A stretch of DNA of 63,822 nucleotides, counting the filler, from Craspedostauros australis (lineage: Eukaryota), in assembly GCA_030167865.1 (NCBI GenBank). It is 9 parts of 9 records of this genome, joined end to end, with 100 filler letters (N's around TTAATTAATTAA, not from the genome) between each part and the next. Parts side by side here need not be neighbours in the genome. Positions count along the whole stretch, not along the records: positions 1 to 31,524 come from JALAGF010006347.1; 8 more parts are not named here. One strand, 5' to 3'. Positions 1 to 11,589 of this stretch are shown here, one piece after another. The notes beneath the pieces were generated by a model. It was not told the DNA's origin and did not search any database. It saw only the letters and a list, made by a program, of their open reading frames with translations. The position numbers and the translations under genes are program-made. Position 1 is the stretch's first letter. Each line of letters begins with the position of its first letter.

Positions 1-541
1 TGTGGTTCGAATGGTGGTGTGCGCATCGTTTTCTTGATGGCATGGAGGATTGTGATGTGATGTGTTGTGTTTGTTTGTTTTTTGTGACGGGGACCGTGAT
101 TTTTGTGTCGTGGTTGGTGCGCGTCGCCACACGATCGGTGTGTTGTGTCGCGAAGTCGTCACGTTGTGTTGTGGCACGGTCCGCGTGTGTTGCGGCGCGA
201 TTGGTGTGTGCTGCGCAGCCATCACGTTGTCTCGCGAAGCAAGGGCGACGTGCTGCGAGACGCACTCACATCTTGTGTTGTGAGTGGTTTCGCATGACGT
301 CGAATCCTTCCTGTGACGTAGAAGACGGATCAGGGAGGAACTACACGAAATAGCTCTAAATATACAATCGCCGTTGCTCCCAAAGGCAAGCAAACCAGTG
401 GCAACAAGGGGCCAAAACTCTACAACTAGTGCTATCGTGACCCCATTTTACATTCTCTGCAGCTAGTACTTGTGGCGCGTGATCAGGAAGCAGTGTTTCC
501 TCGCAAGGATAGTACGCAGTAAAGCGACGAGATGAACTTGC

Positions 542-1360
542 AATTGGTATATCTTTGGAGCAAGTGAAGGACGAAGACCAAGACTACATGGGAGGGTGCA
601 AGAGAGGATTCTGCGTCACCTGAAAGCAACGGCACGATGATCCGACATCAGCGCGATGCACAACCTTGCATCAAGTAAAGAGACTCATGCGAGCCAAACA
701 GTTCGAATCAACAACNNNNNNNNNNNNNNNNNNNNNNNNNNNNNNNNNNNNNNNNNNNNNNNNNNGAACTGTTTGAAATCGATGCGTGGGCGATGGAGAC
801 GCCAGCCATCACGTTCCTGACTGCTGGGCCAATCTGGAGCGCTGCATGGGGCGCAGCGATGAATGCGCGTTTCTTCTGGAAGCGTCGCAATGCCAACACA
901 CCCTTCCCAATGTAGCAGGTGCGGATGAGGTCGGTAATTTCCTCAGGAGGGTCATGATGGATGGGTTCATTGATCAGCTTCAACGTCGCAGCTTGGTGGT
1001 CACATACTACACCGAGCGAGGTCCAGTGGATCGCCCAGACGCGATCAGCGAGGGACTTCAGCACGACGCCGCGGAGAGGGACCTTCTCACCATGAGATCC
1101 ATGGGAGGGATGATTGAACTTGGAGAAGACGTGAGAACCNACTTTGAGAGGCATGGNGAAGAGGAATGTTGGTGGTGNGCAAGTTGGTTGTGATACTTGG
1201 AGGAGTACTGAAGTGGAGGAAAGTTGGTGTATCTTTGGAGGAAGCGACATTCGAAGACCAAGGCGAGATGGGGAGGTGCAAGAGAGGCTACTGCGTTGAT
1301 TGAAAGAAACGGCACGATGATCCGGCATCAGGGCGATGCACAACCTTGCATCAAGCAGAG
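542..1360 (+). mobile_element. Degenerate non-LTR (LINE-like) retrotransposon 3' remnant with a ~140 bp imperfect direct repeat (542-680 and 1222-1360)
   Basis: The repeat is directly visible (AACGGCACGATGATCCG-CATCAG-GCGATGCACAACCTTGCATCAAG twice). Its 'LIERNGT' segment resembles 'LIRRNGT' in the clearer LINE tail at 37.7-38.2 kb. Many frameshifts. Confidence 0.35.
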
Positions 1361-2786
1361 AGAGTCAGATGAGAAGCACAGTCCGACTCAACAACACGTA
1401 AAACACACACGATAATTTTGGGCGCGAACTTTTGTGTGTTCACGGATTGATGATTATGGCTGTCACGAGCATTAGTGACTGACTTCAAACACCCACAGCA
1501 GCACACAAACGCATTCCGGACCACTGACCAACACACCACCCAAAGCAGAATGAAGTTGCGGATTCAGCTATGCCATCCACTTGAGTAATAGACGAAACAG
1601 AATTGGATGCGGGTCTTTGGAAGACGGTTGGTCGAGATTGGACGAAGAAGCAACAAATTATTGTACCAGAACGTCGTAGACTCTACGCAGTTACCAATGG
1701 TTACCAACGACGAAATTCCGAAATCACGTCCGTACGTCGTCCGTATGAAAAAGGGCGATAAAGGGTAAAAAGAGGCATCGAGATGAACAGCAAGCGGAGA
1801 TCGTTTGCCAACAATGAACACATCAACAGAGAGCTCTCACTCTCCTCTTTCTAATAATGTAAAGATGTCAGGCAACGGCCATCAACTCATCAAATGGCAG
1901 CTTGTGCCGTCGGCGATATGCCAATGGTTACCAATATTTACCAATAATTACCAAAAAACCGGAAATTAGCCAATAGCCACTAGAGAGGTGTGCTAGTGGA
2001 TTGTTCAGCACGGCTGGTGCCCTCCGTTGAATGCCTTGGCATGCGCTATGCCATCCTATTGGTACTGGTCGACATGTCACCCCCTTCGACTTCACAGGCG
2101 GGTCACACATCATGAGGGATAACCGATTTGCCAGCAGCTTGGGAACTAAGGAGTGCAACTTCGTTCCAGCTGCGGTACGAGATATGCCTGGATCCAAGTC
2201 GGTGCATGGCTGAATGCGACAGACGATCAGCTTGTTTTTAGCGTGTCCGTGCTCGGAGAGAAACTCCTGCAATCCAAAAGCAACGGTAGCCAGGTTGAAA
2301 AAAGCAAATTTCTGTTGTCGTTCACGTTTGCAATGCTGTCGTCATCATTTGTCCTGTCCTTCAACCGTATTCGCGAACGGGAGCAGATGGAACATGTCAG
2401 ACTAGAGAGAAAGTGAGACGAACCGCTTTCGACCGTCGCCAATCGTAATGCATGGTTGATGCTGATAATGACGAGATCAAGGCTGCTCCAGTGCCATTCC
2501 TCCCTCTGAGTAGTACTGTTGCACGCATCGATGATGCTGATGCCTTGTTGAACGGTTCGCGTGATGCCACTGCAGTATTCGTGGAAGGGAGGACTGTATC
2601 CTGCATGACACTCAGCTCGTATGAGTACGCCGCAATCATGGAGTGTTGTTCCATTGCACAATGATGATGATAATGCGATATTCTATTAGAGCAGAGCAGA
2701 GTAGGGTAGTTGGTTTGGTTCAACCTTGGGAATTTCTACGGAGGATTGCGATAGGCAATAATGTATGGTACAATGGTGTAATATGT

Positions 2787-4547
2787 TCATGAACTGATGA
2801 CATCCAACGTCATGCAGAGTGGGATGTCGTCCAGCACGGCGGTTTCTTCGCTAATTCCAAGTTCCCAGTTGTTGTCGACAGGGCTCATGAACGTGCTGGA
2901 TGGACACGTTCCCTTCAGCATGTCTCTTTCGCCGTGGGTAGGAACGTCACCTCCGAGAGAAATTCGGTGTCGACTTTGATGACTGTGGCTGTGGTGGAGC
3001 TGGCATGGCTGGTGCGGTAGTGGCTCGTTGTTCCCTGCGCTGTAGGAGTTGCAACGAAACGTGAGCTTGTCGATTTTCTCGAACACCGTCGTGAAGCCAG
3101 GTGAGGCACTCGGCCTTGACGATTCAAAGGCGCACCAGGGCGCTCCAGATCTCGCTGGTGCTGACGCCTTCGAGGAGCATACTTGAAGCTGAGGGACAGT
3201 CTTGGACGACCATGCCGAGTTGCAATGTGCTTCATGACGGCGGCCAGGCAGCACCGCGCTCGCCCTTGCATCCTCTATGCTGCCAAAGCTGACTCTGGTT
3301 GGGAAGTCGCTGAAGTTGTGCTCGATCGCGATGTTGCGAGAGATGGCGAAGTCAGGCTGTTGGTAGCGATGCTGGCGACGATCGTATCCCAGTCTCCGTG
3401 AGCAGTAAGGTTTGGCATCAGCGCCGACACTAGCACTGACGTGCTTCTCTTCGCCTGCAAAGATCTCGTCCGGATCGACGGGCATATACAGTTCGTCAAG
3501 ACCGGCGTCCAGCGCTGGCATGAAGGAGGCTGGATGGGCTAGGGTGCCCGATGGCACATCGTGTGCCGTTGATGGCGCTGTGATATGGAAGCTGCCTGTT
3601 GCTGGTGGGACGTCATAGCTGTGGAGACACGCTGCATCAGAGTGCTCGTATGTGTCTTCATTGTCGACCGAAGATGACGATGACGAGGCCAACGACAAAG
3701 ACGATGATGACAAGGGTGCTACTGGCGGAAGTACAGAGGCAGCGAAGCTACCTTCGTTGTTTCCCCTGAACTGATACGATGGGGCAGAAAGAAGTGTAGT
3801 CGCGGCTGCGGCAGCTGCTGATCGAGCTTCGACTGGGGGAGGCACGCGAGGTAGGCCTGGCGCATCGCTTGGTGTTCGCGATGAGGATGGACCGCGTCTG
3901 AAGGCAAGTGCGCTGGATGGGGCGGTATCAGCCGCGTGGTCGCTTGTCTTGTGATTGTTGAGCGGTACGGGCGCCATGAGCAGCTTTTCAGCCGCCAGCC
4001 TTCCCGCTTCGACGTTCAGGACGATCCGCTCATCCTCCTTCATGGACTTGAGCGGCTTGCGGTTCTTGCGGAATATGAAGCGAGCCAGATCGGTTCTGTT
4101 CTGCACAAAGTAGCGATGCTGGTACCATCCCTTCAATGCCGCGGCCTTCTTCGAGCTCGTCCGCTTGAAGTCGTAGAGATGGAGCTGTCGCATGAATGAT
4201 TTGAACTTGCTTTGCCGGAAGAAGGTGCCCATCACCTGGTTCTCAAACTCCTCGGGCTTGTGAACCTTGAAGCTCGTCCCGTCTTGGTTCCATGAGATGA
4301 CATGGGAGAGGTCGTTCGTGCTCGAGAACGCGAGGACTTTGTGCAACTTGATCGGGAACGGCTCGGCGATGAAGACATCGTTCGTTATCAAAGCGTAGGT
4401 GCCTCCTTCTGATTTACCTTGAGTGATGCTGCCGCATTTGTCAAAGGCTGTGTCGTTTCTGTTGCTGTTGCCGTTGCCATTGCCGTTGGTATCCATTCTG
4501 CGGTGAGGCTTCGGAGCATCATTGGGGGTACCGTTCGTCGCATTCAT
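2787..4547 (-). CDS. HSF: Heat shock transcription factor (HSF-type DNA-binding domain, low-complexity C-terminus), 586 aa
   Basis: PFPIKLHKVL...VISWNQDGTSFKVHKPEEFENQVMGTFFRQSKFKSFMRQLHLYDFKR...YQHRYFVQNRTDL matches the HSF DNA-binding domain as typically seen in diatoms. Uninterrupted ATG-started ORF. Confidence 0.93.
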   Translation of the reverse strand: MNATNGTPNDAPKPHRRMDTNGNGNGNSNRNDTAFDKCGSITQGKSEGGTYALITNDVFIAEPFPIKLHKVLAFSSTNDLSHVISWNQDGTSFKVHKPEEFENQVMGTFFRQSKFKSFMRQLHLYDFKRTSSKKAAALKGWYQHRYFVQNRTDLARFIFRKNRKPLKSMKEDERIVLNVEAGRLAAEKLLMAPVPLNNHKTSDHAADTAPSSALAFRRGPSSSRTPSDAPGLPRVPPPVEARSAAAAAATTLLSAPSYQFRGNNEGSFAASVLPPVAPLSSSSLSLASSSSSSVDNEDTYEHSDAACLHSYDVPPATGSFHITAPSTAHDVPSGTLAHPASFMPALDAGLDELYMPVDPDEIFAGEEKHVSASVGADAKPYCSRRLGYDRRQHRYQQPDFAISRNIAIEHNFSDFPTRVSFGSIEDARASAVLPGRRHEAHCNSAWSSKTVPQLQVCSSKASAPARSGAPWCAFESSRPSASPGFTTVFEKIDKLTFRCNSYSAGNNEPLPHQPCQLHHSHSHQSRHRISLGGDVPTHGERDMLKGTCPSSTFMSPVDNNWELGISEETAVLDDIPLCMTLDVISS

Positions 4548-7500
4548 TTTGCTGGTGATTTTGTCGAGACGTGTACGTACGCGTAGGGTATGCGTATGTT
4601 CGTGTGTTTGTGTGCTTTATGTCGTGTATGTTGTGTATGGTCGGTCTAATGGCGTGAATAGTGTGTTTGGTGTTGTGAGTTGTGAGTTGTGAGTTGCGGC
4701 TGATGTTGTCTCTGGCTTGTTTTGGTATTATGAGCACTTCTACCGACTGATTCCCTGTTGCAGGAGGTAGCTGGTGTGGAAGTCGTATGGCTTTGGTGGT
4801 GGCGACAGAGGTGACGGAGGTGCTGAGTGTTTGTTTTCGGAGAGTGTTCAGTGCGTTCTTGTGCATGTCTGAGCGCTGAGTTTTTTCGGTTTGTTGGAGA
4901 CGCCGGGGGCGTATCGGGAAGAGGGTGAGGAACGTCTTTTGTTGCTGTGGGTGGAACACGTCGCGTCCTTGTGAGATCGTGTGCGTTGATCGGCGCACAA
5001 ATGGAAGTGGGAATTGATGCGAGTGGAGAGTAGCCTCATCTGTTTCACTCGGCTCAGAGGTATTGGTGCAAAGCTCGTCCTCCATTCTACTCAACTCTCC
5101 TCGCATCCACAGCGCACACTTCATGCAATTTCGTCTCCGTAATGACTTGTGGAACAACGAATGAGCCTCCCGAAATGCGGTCATACCTCGGTTGTGCTTT
5201 TGATTCGATGCCGATCGCACAGTCGGAACATGTACGGCGATCATCATCGTAGCGTGGAAAATACAGCGCAGCGCGCAGACGGAGCACACTGCAGCAGTGC
5301 AGAGTACCCAAGGTTCTGCCCATGAAATGCTCACAGCGTGGAATGTGGGCTTGTGTCTTGTTGCGGCATTCACAGCAACTGTCCTCTCCATTCTGTCGAG
5401 GACTATCGCGGTCCCACCACAACGTCACCACTTTCACGACTATTTGGTGGCTTGTCTACTTGTCGCGCTCTGTGGGAGCGTCGCGCAAAGCAAACAGACA
5501 AGCTGCGCGAAGCCAAGGGGGGAAGAGGTTAGGGAAAGGCGACTGCCGTGTTTAGAGAGAGTTTCTCACAACACCAACATACAACGACAGCAAAGAAGGT
5601 GAAGGTGGTGGTGGTAGCACAGATTGGTAGAGTCTGTAATAGCCTTGCGTGTGATTGTGAATTGAAATACACAGCTAGCGAACCTCACGAAGATACCCAT
5701 TGTTCGCTGAAGAGAGACGTGGTTGACTTACTTGAAAGACTATAGTACCTTGTGAAGCAATCCGCTACTCTTCGCGCTGCTATGGAACACAAAGAGTAGT
5801 TTAGGTACTATCAGCACTCCCTCTGAGACATAAATGTATGTTCTCCACGTTTGGATGTGGCGTAGATTGCGATTGCTGGCTTATCCTAAGTCGTTCGAAA
5901 GGGTATAATTGTGATTCCCGAATGCAGATCTGTCTGTGGTTGAACCGCTCATCACGCAAGCGTGAAGGACAATCACGTTCTTCAGTTGCGGTATGCATGC
6001 CTTCCTGACTCAGTCCAGTAGTTCTGGCTTGGCGGACTGCTCATCGCAACATTTAAGGCAGGATAGGAGAAATCGGATGGAACCGTTCATTGTTACTGTT
6101 GTGAACATCAAAATTGGCTCTGTTGTGGTACCATCTTGCTGTGCTGTATAGTACTTGATTTTACACGATCGCGCGGCCTGTGATCGTAGATTTAGGTTGG
6201 CACAGATGTTCCTGTTTGTGACGATGCTGCACGTCATTACATAGCCCGATTCTACGTGATGCAGAGGCCACGTACGTGCTGGGAGTTCATCCACACGTCT
6301 GGTTGCTTCGTCTTCTTGATCGGATTTGTCCGTGTTGTGGTTGGACAAATCGAACAAGTAGCATTGACGACGGCGACAGCGATCAAGCCTTCGCGTGCTC
6401 TTGCTGGGAAAGCAGCAAGAAATCGCTCGAACCCTCGCAGCTGATTTCATTCAATGAGACCTCCAAGCGCGTCGGTCCTCCCCGGTTTGGTGGTCCAAGA
6501 GGACGTTATTGTAGATTACGAGTCGGCAGAACACGAGCTGCAACTCTGTCCCATTCTGTTATAGAAGAGCACTACTATACGTCTATCTCTTGTGCACACC
6601 TCGGTAAGAACATCTATTAGGACGACCTTGCGCAATCGTACCAATCGAAATGGTAGAGGAGAGAAGAGTGACGACGGAGCAGGTTGCGAGGAATCTTTCT
6701 GTAAAAAATGGTGCTTGTAGTGGTATTGAGGTCATGCCTGCGCTGAGACGAGTCGAACCTTTTTCTTTTATTGACATGGCACGCTCGTGCACAAAGAGAT
6801 GCGAGTTCATGGAGTATTGCCGGAGGGTGCAGACGTGGTCTGATGCTGCGGTCGCAACACACATCAGGACATGGAGTTTGGTTTGCGCTGTTCTGTCGGG
6901 TCTGCAAATCCACAAGCCACATTGAACTTCGAATGCAGGATGAATTTGACAGGATTGTCGCTCGGTTCTTCGCTGTTGGCAAAGGTGACTGAATGGCTCC
7001 GAAGTCGATCCAGGAAGAGATTGGGTCTGGGCCGCACAAGGGATGAAAGGACCAAAGGAGGAAGAGAGGACGATGAAAAGGTGGAATGACAAGCATCGGC
7101 ACTTACGAATAGGTCGTGGAATCGAGCAGATTCCGAAAAAGTTGTCGCGCCCATGGTTGATGCGACTGATTTGCAGCCCACGGATGCGATCGACAGCGAA
7201 TTGCGTGATGCATGGATGATGGACCAGCACATATTTCTCCGAGTAGAATGGACGGGCATACGTGGCTGTTGCTTCATCCCGCCGCTTGCTTGGCGATTTC
7301 TCCTTCCTCCTTGCTGCTCCAGACTCATGCCAATCATATTGCCGCAGATCGACCTTCTCATCTTCCTCAAACCCTCAGATGCACATTCACAAATACCTCC
7401 TTTCATGCTCGAGGTTCCGAAAACGAAAATGCAACAACACGTTCAACATTCTGGTAGAGTACGACTAGCATTGTCTTGCAGACATAGAGTCGAGTCGAGA

Positions 7501-8196
7501 GGTACATGCACCCAAGACCATCATATATAATGTATATTGGCGCTGGCGGCACACGAAGAGAGCATCATCCGTACAAACGCAAAATAGGCCAATGCGATGG
7601 ATGAAGATTTGCCTTTCAATCAAAGTCCTCTAGATCGCAGAGTACTTGACATGAGAGCATCGTACCAAGCAATCCTCCGCTGGCATTCGAATTGATAGAG
7701 CGGTATCAAAAGCTGGTGCTTTCCTCGTCGATACCAACATGGAGTAGGATCCCAAATTTCCCGCTTGAAGCACTCTGCTCTCCTGTTGCTTGCTTCGGAT
7801 GAACCCACAAGGACTCTACTCTATTCGTACTCATACATAGAATACTTGTGCAAGTTCACACACCTGAAGTCGTGAAATTCCATTTCGATGCCACAAACTC
7901 CCTCGAAGTCTAGGATCCATTGTCGCTCCTGGGATCGCTCGCAGTCCCTGTCACGCGAAGGCGCTCGACACAAAACCAATCCATGACATGTTGGGGGATG
8001 TTGGCGGCAGACAGGGTACTGTAGAGTATGTTGTTCTTGGAACCGTGTGGAGATCCCCCAGCGCGACAGAGACGGAGAAGGCACATCTCATCACCAGTAC
8101 CAGCAGAGCCATTTTGTGAGTACTCCACCATCATTCTCTGCATTGCTGAGACAGGCGTGTCGCATTTAGTCTCGTCGCCACTTCACCACCATTCAG

Positions 8197-8782
8197 ATCC
8201 CCATCTCGTCACCACCACCATCATCAACATCACCATCCCCGCCCTGGGCGTGAAGGGATTCGTTGGCATGCGACTGAACGCTGCCGCAACAGACACCATC
8301 GCGACGATTGGTGACAACGATAACGGTTGGCAGGAGTACAGGTATGACTTCCTGTCGGGGACCAGCATGGCAGTGCCACACGTTGCGGCAGCGGCAGTTC
8401 TGGCGTGGAGTCAAAATTACGACACCTGGAGCAACCAGCAGATCCAGTACGCGCTGGCAAGGACTGCGATAGATCTGCCCATCCACATCGGACCCGACGG
8501 TAGCATCATGGATCCTCCTTGCGATGATTCTTCTCAAACCTGCGATCTGTTCCACGGGTACGGCATGGTGCGGGCGAAGTCGGCATCGACATGAACCAAC
8601 CAGATGGATTGCACCTCATGGGAGGTCGAAAGCATCATGAGGGGTGGATACTGCACCATCGAACCTGCGCGGAACAGTCCATTAGGTTTGCCAGCATACT
8701 GCTGAGCGCAGGTTGTCTGCTGGTGTTGGTGTTGGTGTTGGTGTTGGTACCATATGTACGAGCACGTACCCGCCATATTTGA
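8197..8782 (+). pseudogene. Subtilisin-like (S8) serine protease C-terminal fragment, with a frameshifted hydrophobic tail
   Basis: YDFLSGTSMAVPHVAAAA (catalytic Ser motif near 8358), then ALARTAIDL and HGYGMV. No Asp or His catalytic motifs recognisable upstream. Possible acceptor CAG at 8194-8196. Hydrophobic tail lies in the overlapping ORF 8591-8782. Confidence 0.7.
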
Positions 8783-9210
8783 TGCTCTGCCCACGTTTGC
8801 TTTCCATAACACATAGCACGTTGTCATCCATTGGGACTGTGAAAATGCATACTCTAAATAGAATATTAGAGTAGAGTAGAGTAGAGCAGAGCAGATGTAT
8901 CGACCTGCTCAAATCTCAAGTGTTCACTCGGCTTGCCTGTAGATACTTGGATGGAATCCGCACAGATGAACGGATGGACGGACGGACGGATATACATGCA
9001 AGGACGACCCATTACGAGACGTGTGTTGGGTGGATTTCCGCATTTCGCTGGTCGCAAAACGAGATGCCGTTGCTGTTGTTTGTTCTGTGGACGTGGTGGT
9101 GCCGACATCCGCTCTCCGGCAGACACATCAGCACCGATTCCATACCTGTACTCTCCCAATCCAAATAGTGCCTGCGCAAGCGCATTCAATTGAAAACGAA
9201 TCAGATCAAG

Positions 9211-11589
9211 ATGGCACGCCAGAAGCACAATGCCATGGGCGACAGCGGTCGCAACTGCTGGGGGTCCATCCGAGAGAAGGAAAAGCGCAAGGCCCGTTTG
9301 GAGATCCGTCAGCGAGTTGCCAGCGGTGCTCTGCACCTGGACATTGCCGTTGCCGTTGATGCTGCAGTTCCTTCCGCCGACAATGGTGTGGACAATAGCA
9401 TCAACACTGTTGCCAAAGCATACAAACCATCCAACAGACCAGCACCACCTTCCTTCACCACCGAAGAACTGCTGCAATGCGTCCGCAACATCCAGATCGG
9501 CCATCGCTCGAGATTCTCGATCATCTCTCTGTCCAGTCAGATCCACCTGATGAATCAACGCCATGCCATCCATTTGTTGGACCGCGCGATACCGTACGCC
9601 ATCATGATGACGCGTTCCAAGCACGGCGACGCGCAAGCCACGCTGCTTTCCAATTACATCCAATCTCTGTCGTCCTTCACCATCTTGGAATATGCCATCT
9701 GGATGGGCAAGCATTCCATCGTGGGGGCGTTCATCCTGGGTGGCATATCGGTCTGCACACGCAGTTATCATGTCGCAGATGATGATATCAGTCTTACGAC
9801 GACCATGGCAGCGATGGAACAGCGGCAACGCGAAATGGGAGTTCAAGTCATGCAACGGTTGTTCGATTGGGTTCCGCTGTCGTTGTCGTCGTACATCCTG
9901 AAGCGCGTCATGGATTTCCGGGTTGAGGCATACGCGGCGCAGGCTGTTCACCGCAACGAAGGGAGCGATGATGGAGCAGGATGCGAATGCAAAGATCTTC
10001 ATGATGACAGTGGCAACAGCCACAACTGCGTCAGCAATGCCTGTCCCATTTGCCAAACGGCGAATGTTCCAATGAGCTTCCGTCTCAAGATGTCCTGCTG
10101 TCAACACACATTTTGCGAGCCATGTTTCTGGCAACACACCTTGCGATGGATCGATGCCTGTTCGTCTCACGACGATGCTGTGACATGTCCTATTTGCACC
10201 ACTGCATCTCACTGTGATGGCGACGACAACATACGTCAGGATTCCGTGGCAGATGAAAGAACGCCCCAGGAACGATACCAACAGTCATATCGACAATACA
10301 TTGCATTGCCCGAAGATCGATTGGCGCTCAAGCATTCTTCCAAAAAGAAGAAGAAGGCTAAGGTCAACGACGACAAGTACTTGACCCCCACCTGGCACTC
10401 TGCCGTGCGTGCTTCCGTTGGTTTGACACAGGAAGTCCGCCGTGACAAATTCTTCTTCCACGCCGATCGAGTCGGACCGTCGGCAGGACGCTACGTGAGC
10501 GGCTGCTTGGATGCCGGCGTCGATGTCCAACTGCGGAATGAGTATGGACAAACGGCGCTGTACATGGCAGCATGGCGCGGTGACGTCGAGTTGATGGAGC
10601 TGCTGCTGCAGTATGGCGCCGATCCTGCAATCACGGCGAACGGTGGCCTTAGCGTGCTGGAACTTTGCCGGCGACGCGGTGACGAGCGCTCCATTGAGCT
10701 ACTACGAACAGCAATGACAGACAAGCCCCAACATGACACATGTCAAGATCCGTTGGGATCCCGCAAATGGCAGGAACGATTGAACTCAGAATCCTTGTCG
10801 CACGATTCCATGCACCTGCCGAAGGTCACGACGTTGATTTCAAGCCACAGCGAGCACCCTGGCGCCGGTTCGTACATCTGCGACGGTGGATTGCTGGAGG
10901 GTGAGATTGATGCGCTGGTGAATCTTTGGAAAGATCTGCCAGTGGAGACGGAGCGCATCAAGAAGAAGAAGGCCAAGGCATCGGTGCGGTCGCATTACTG
11001 CGATGCGGAAGGCCAAGTTCGCAATATTTTGCTGCGTGTCGTACGCGGCATGAAGCAGCAGCTATTCCACGATGATGGCGATGGTTGTGCTGCAGGAGGA
11101 AACAAGGACCATGTCACCAGTACGAACACGACCAGGAGCACGACCAGGAGCACGAACACGAGCACGAACAGTACCAACGACGAACCGGTGGTCTTTCCGC
11201 ACATGCGCATATTGAAGTACGCCGAGGCAGGCACCTTCTTGGCACCTCACATCGACTTGTGCCGCAACTGGACGGTGGATGACAACTGCGACGCAACCTC
11301 CGCAACATCTGGCGATGCCCTGCGCAGTACCCACTCCTTCTTGCTCTACCTGACCGACTGCGAAGATGGCGGCGAGACGTGCCTGCTGAATGACGTCAAT
11401 GGTGCCGGTGCAGACGAAGTGGTTGCCTCCGTCTCGCCAATTCGTGGACGTCTTCTTCTGTTCCCCCACGTATGTCCACATCGCGGCAATGTCGTCCAGG
11501 ATGTGCCCAAGGTGCTAATCCGAGGCGAGGTGTACCTACCTCTGGAAGGTAACACTCGTCATCTCGATGGAAAATCCGAGCATGAGTAG
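9211..11589 (+). CDS. RING-finger (C3HC4) + ankyrin repeats + prolyl-4-hydroxylase-like 2OG-Fe(II) oxygenase fusion protein
   Basis: RING CPIC..CQHTFCEPC..CPIC (~10042-10197); ankyrin NEYGQTALYMAAWRGDVELMELLLQYGADP (~10500-10710); oxygenase MRILKY..LAPHID..FLLYLTDCEDGGET..GRLLLFPHVCPHRG..KVLIRGEV (HxD...H triad). Single ORF, first ATG at 9211. Confidence 0.85.
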   Translation: MARQKHNAMGDSGRNCWGSIREKEKRKARLEIRQRVASGALHLDIAVAVDAAVPSADNGVDNSINTVAKAYKPSNRPAPPSFTTEELLQCVRNIQIGHRSRFSIISLSSQIHLMNQRHAIHLLDRAIPYAIMMTRSKHGDAQATLLSNYIQSLSSFTILEYAIWMGKHSIVGAFILGGISVCTRSYHVADDDISLTTTMAAMEQRQREMGVQVMQRLFDWVPLSLSSYILKRVMDFRVEAYAAQAVHRNEGSDDGAGCECKDLHDDSGNSHNCVSNACPICQTANVPMSFRLKMSCCQHTFCEPCFWQHTLRWIDACSSHDDAVTCPICTTASHCDGDDNIRQDSVADERTPQERYQQSYRQYIALPEDRLALKHSSKKKKKAKVNDDKYLTPTWHSAVRASVGLTQEVRRDKFFFHADRVGPSAGRYVSGCLDAGVDVQLRNEYGQTALYMAAWRGDVELMELLLQYGADPAITANGGLSVLELCRRRGDERSIELLRTAMTDKPQHDTCQDPLGSRKWQERLNSESLSHDSMHLPKVTTLISSHSEHPGAGSYICDGGLLEGEIDALVNLWKDLPVETERIKKKKAKASVRSHYCDAEGQVRNILLRVVRGMKQQLFHDDGDGCAAGGNKDHVTSTNTTRSTTRSTNTSTNSTNDEPVVFPHMRILKYAEAGTFLAPHIDLCRNWTVDDNCDATSATSGDALRSTHSFLLYLTDCEDGGETCLLNDVNGAGADEVVASVSPIRGRLLLFPHVCPHRGNVVQDVPKVLIRGEVYLPLEGNTRHLDGKSEHE

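Noticed and set aside
2031..2664. Short plus-strand ORFs convergent with HSF
   Set aside because: No recognisable domain and no convincing splice path.
4519..5391. 290-aa ORF upstream of HSF
   Set aside because: Made largely of CA-rich 5' UTR/promoter-like sequence, with no domain signal.
6650..7150. Possible decayed helicase-associated (HA) repeat gene (TW..EFMEY..; RWNDKHRHL)
   Set aside because: Only scattered Trp-containing hints across several frames, not supportable by eye.
8866..10281. 471-aa minus-strand ORF, and similar antisense ORFs over other genes
   Set aside because: Shadow ORFs opposite genes with clear domains, produced by codon bias.
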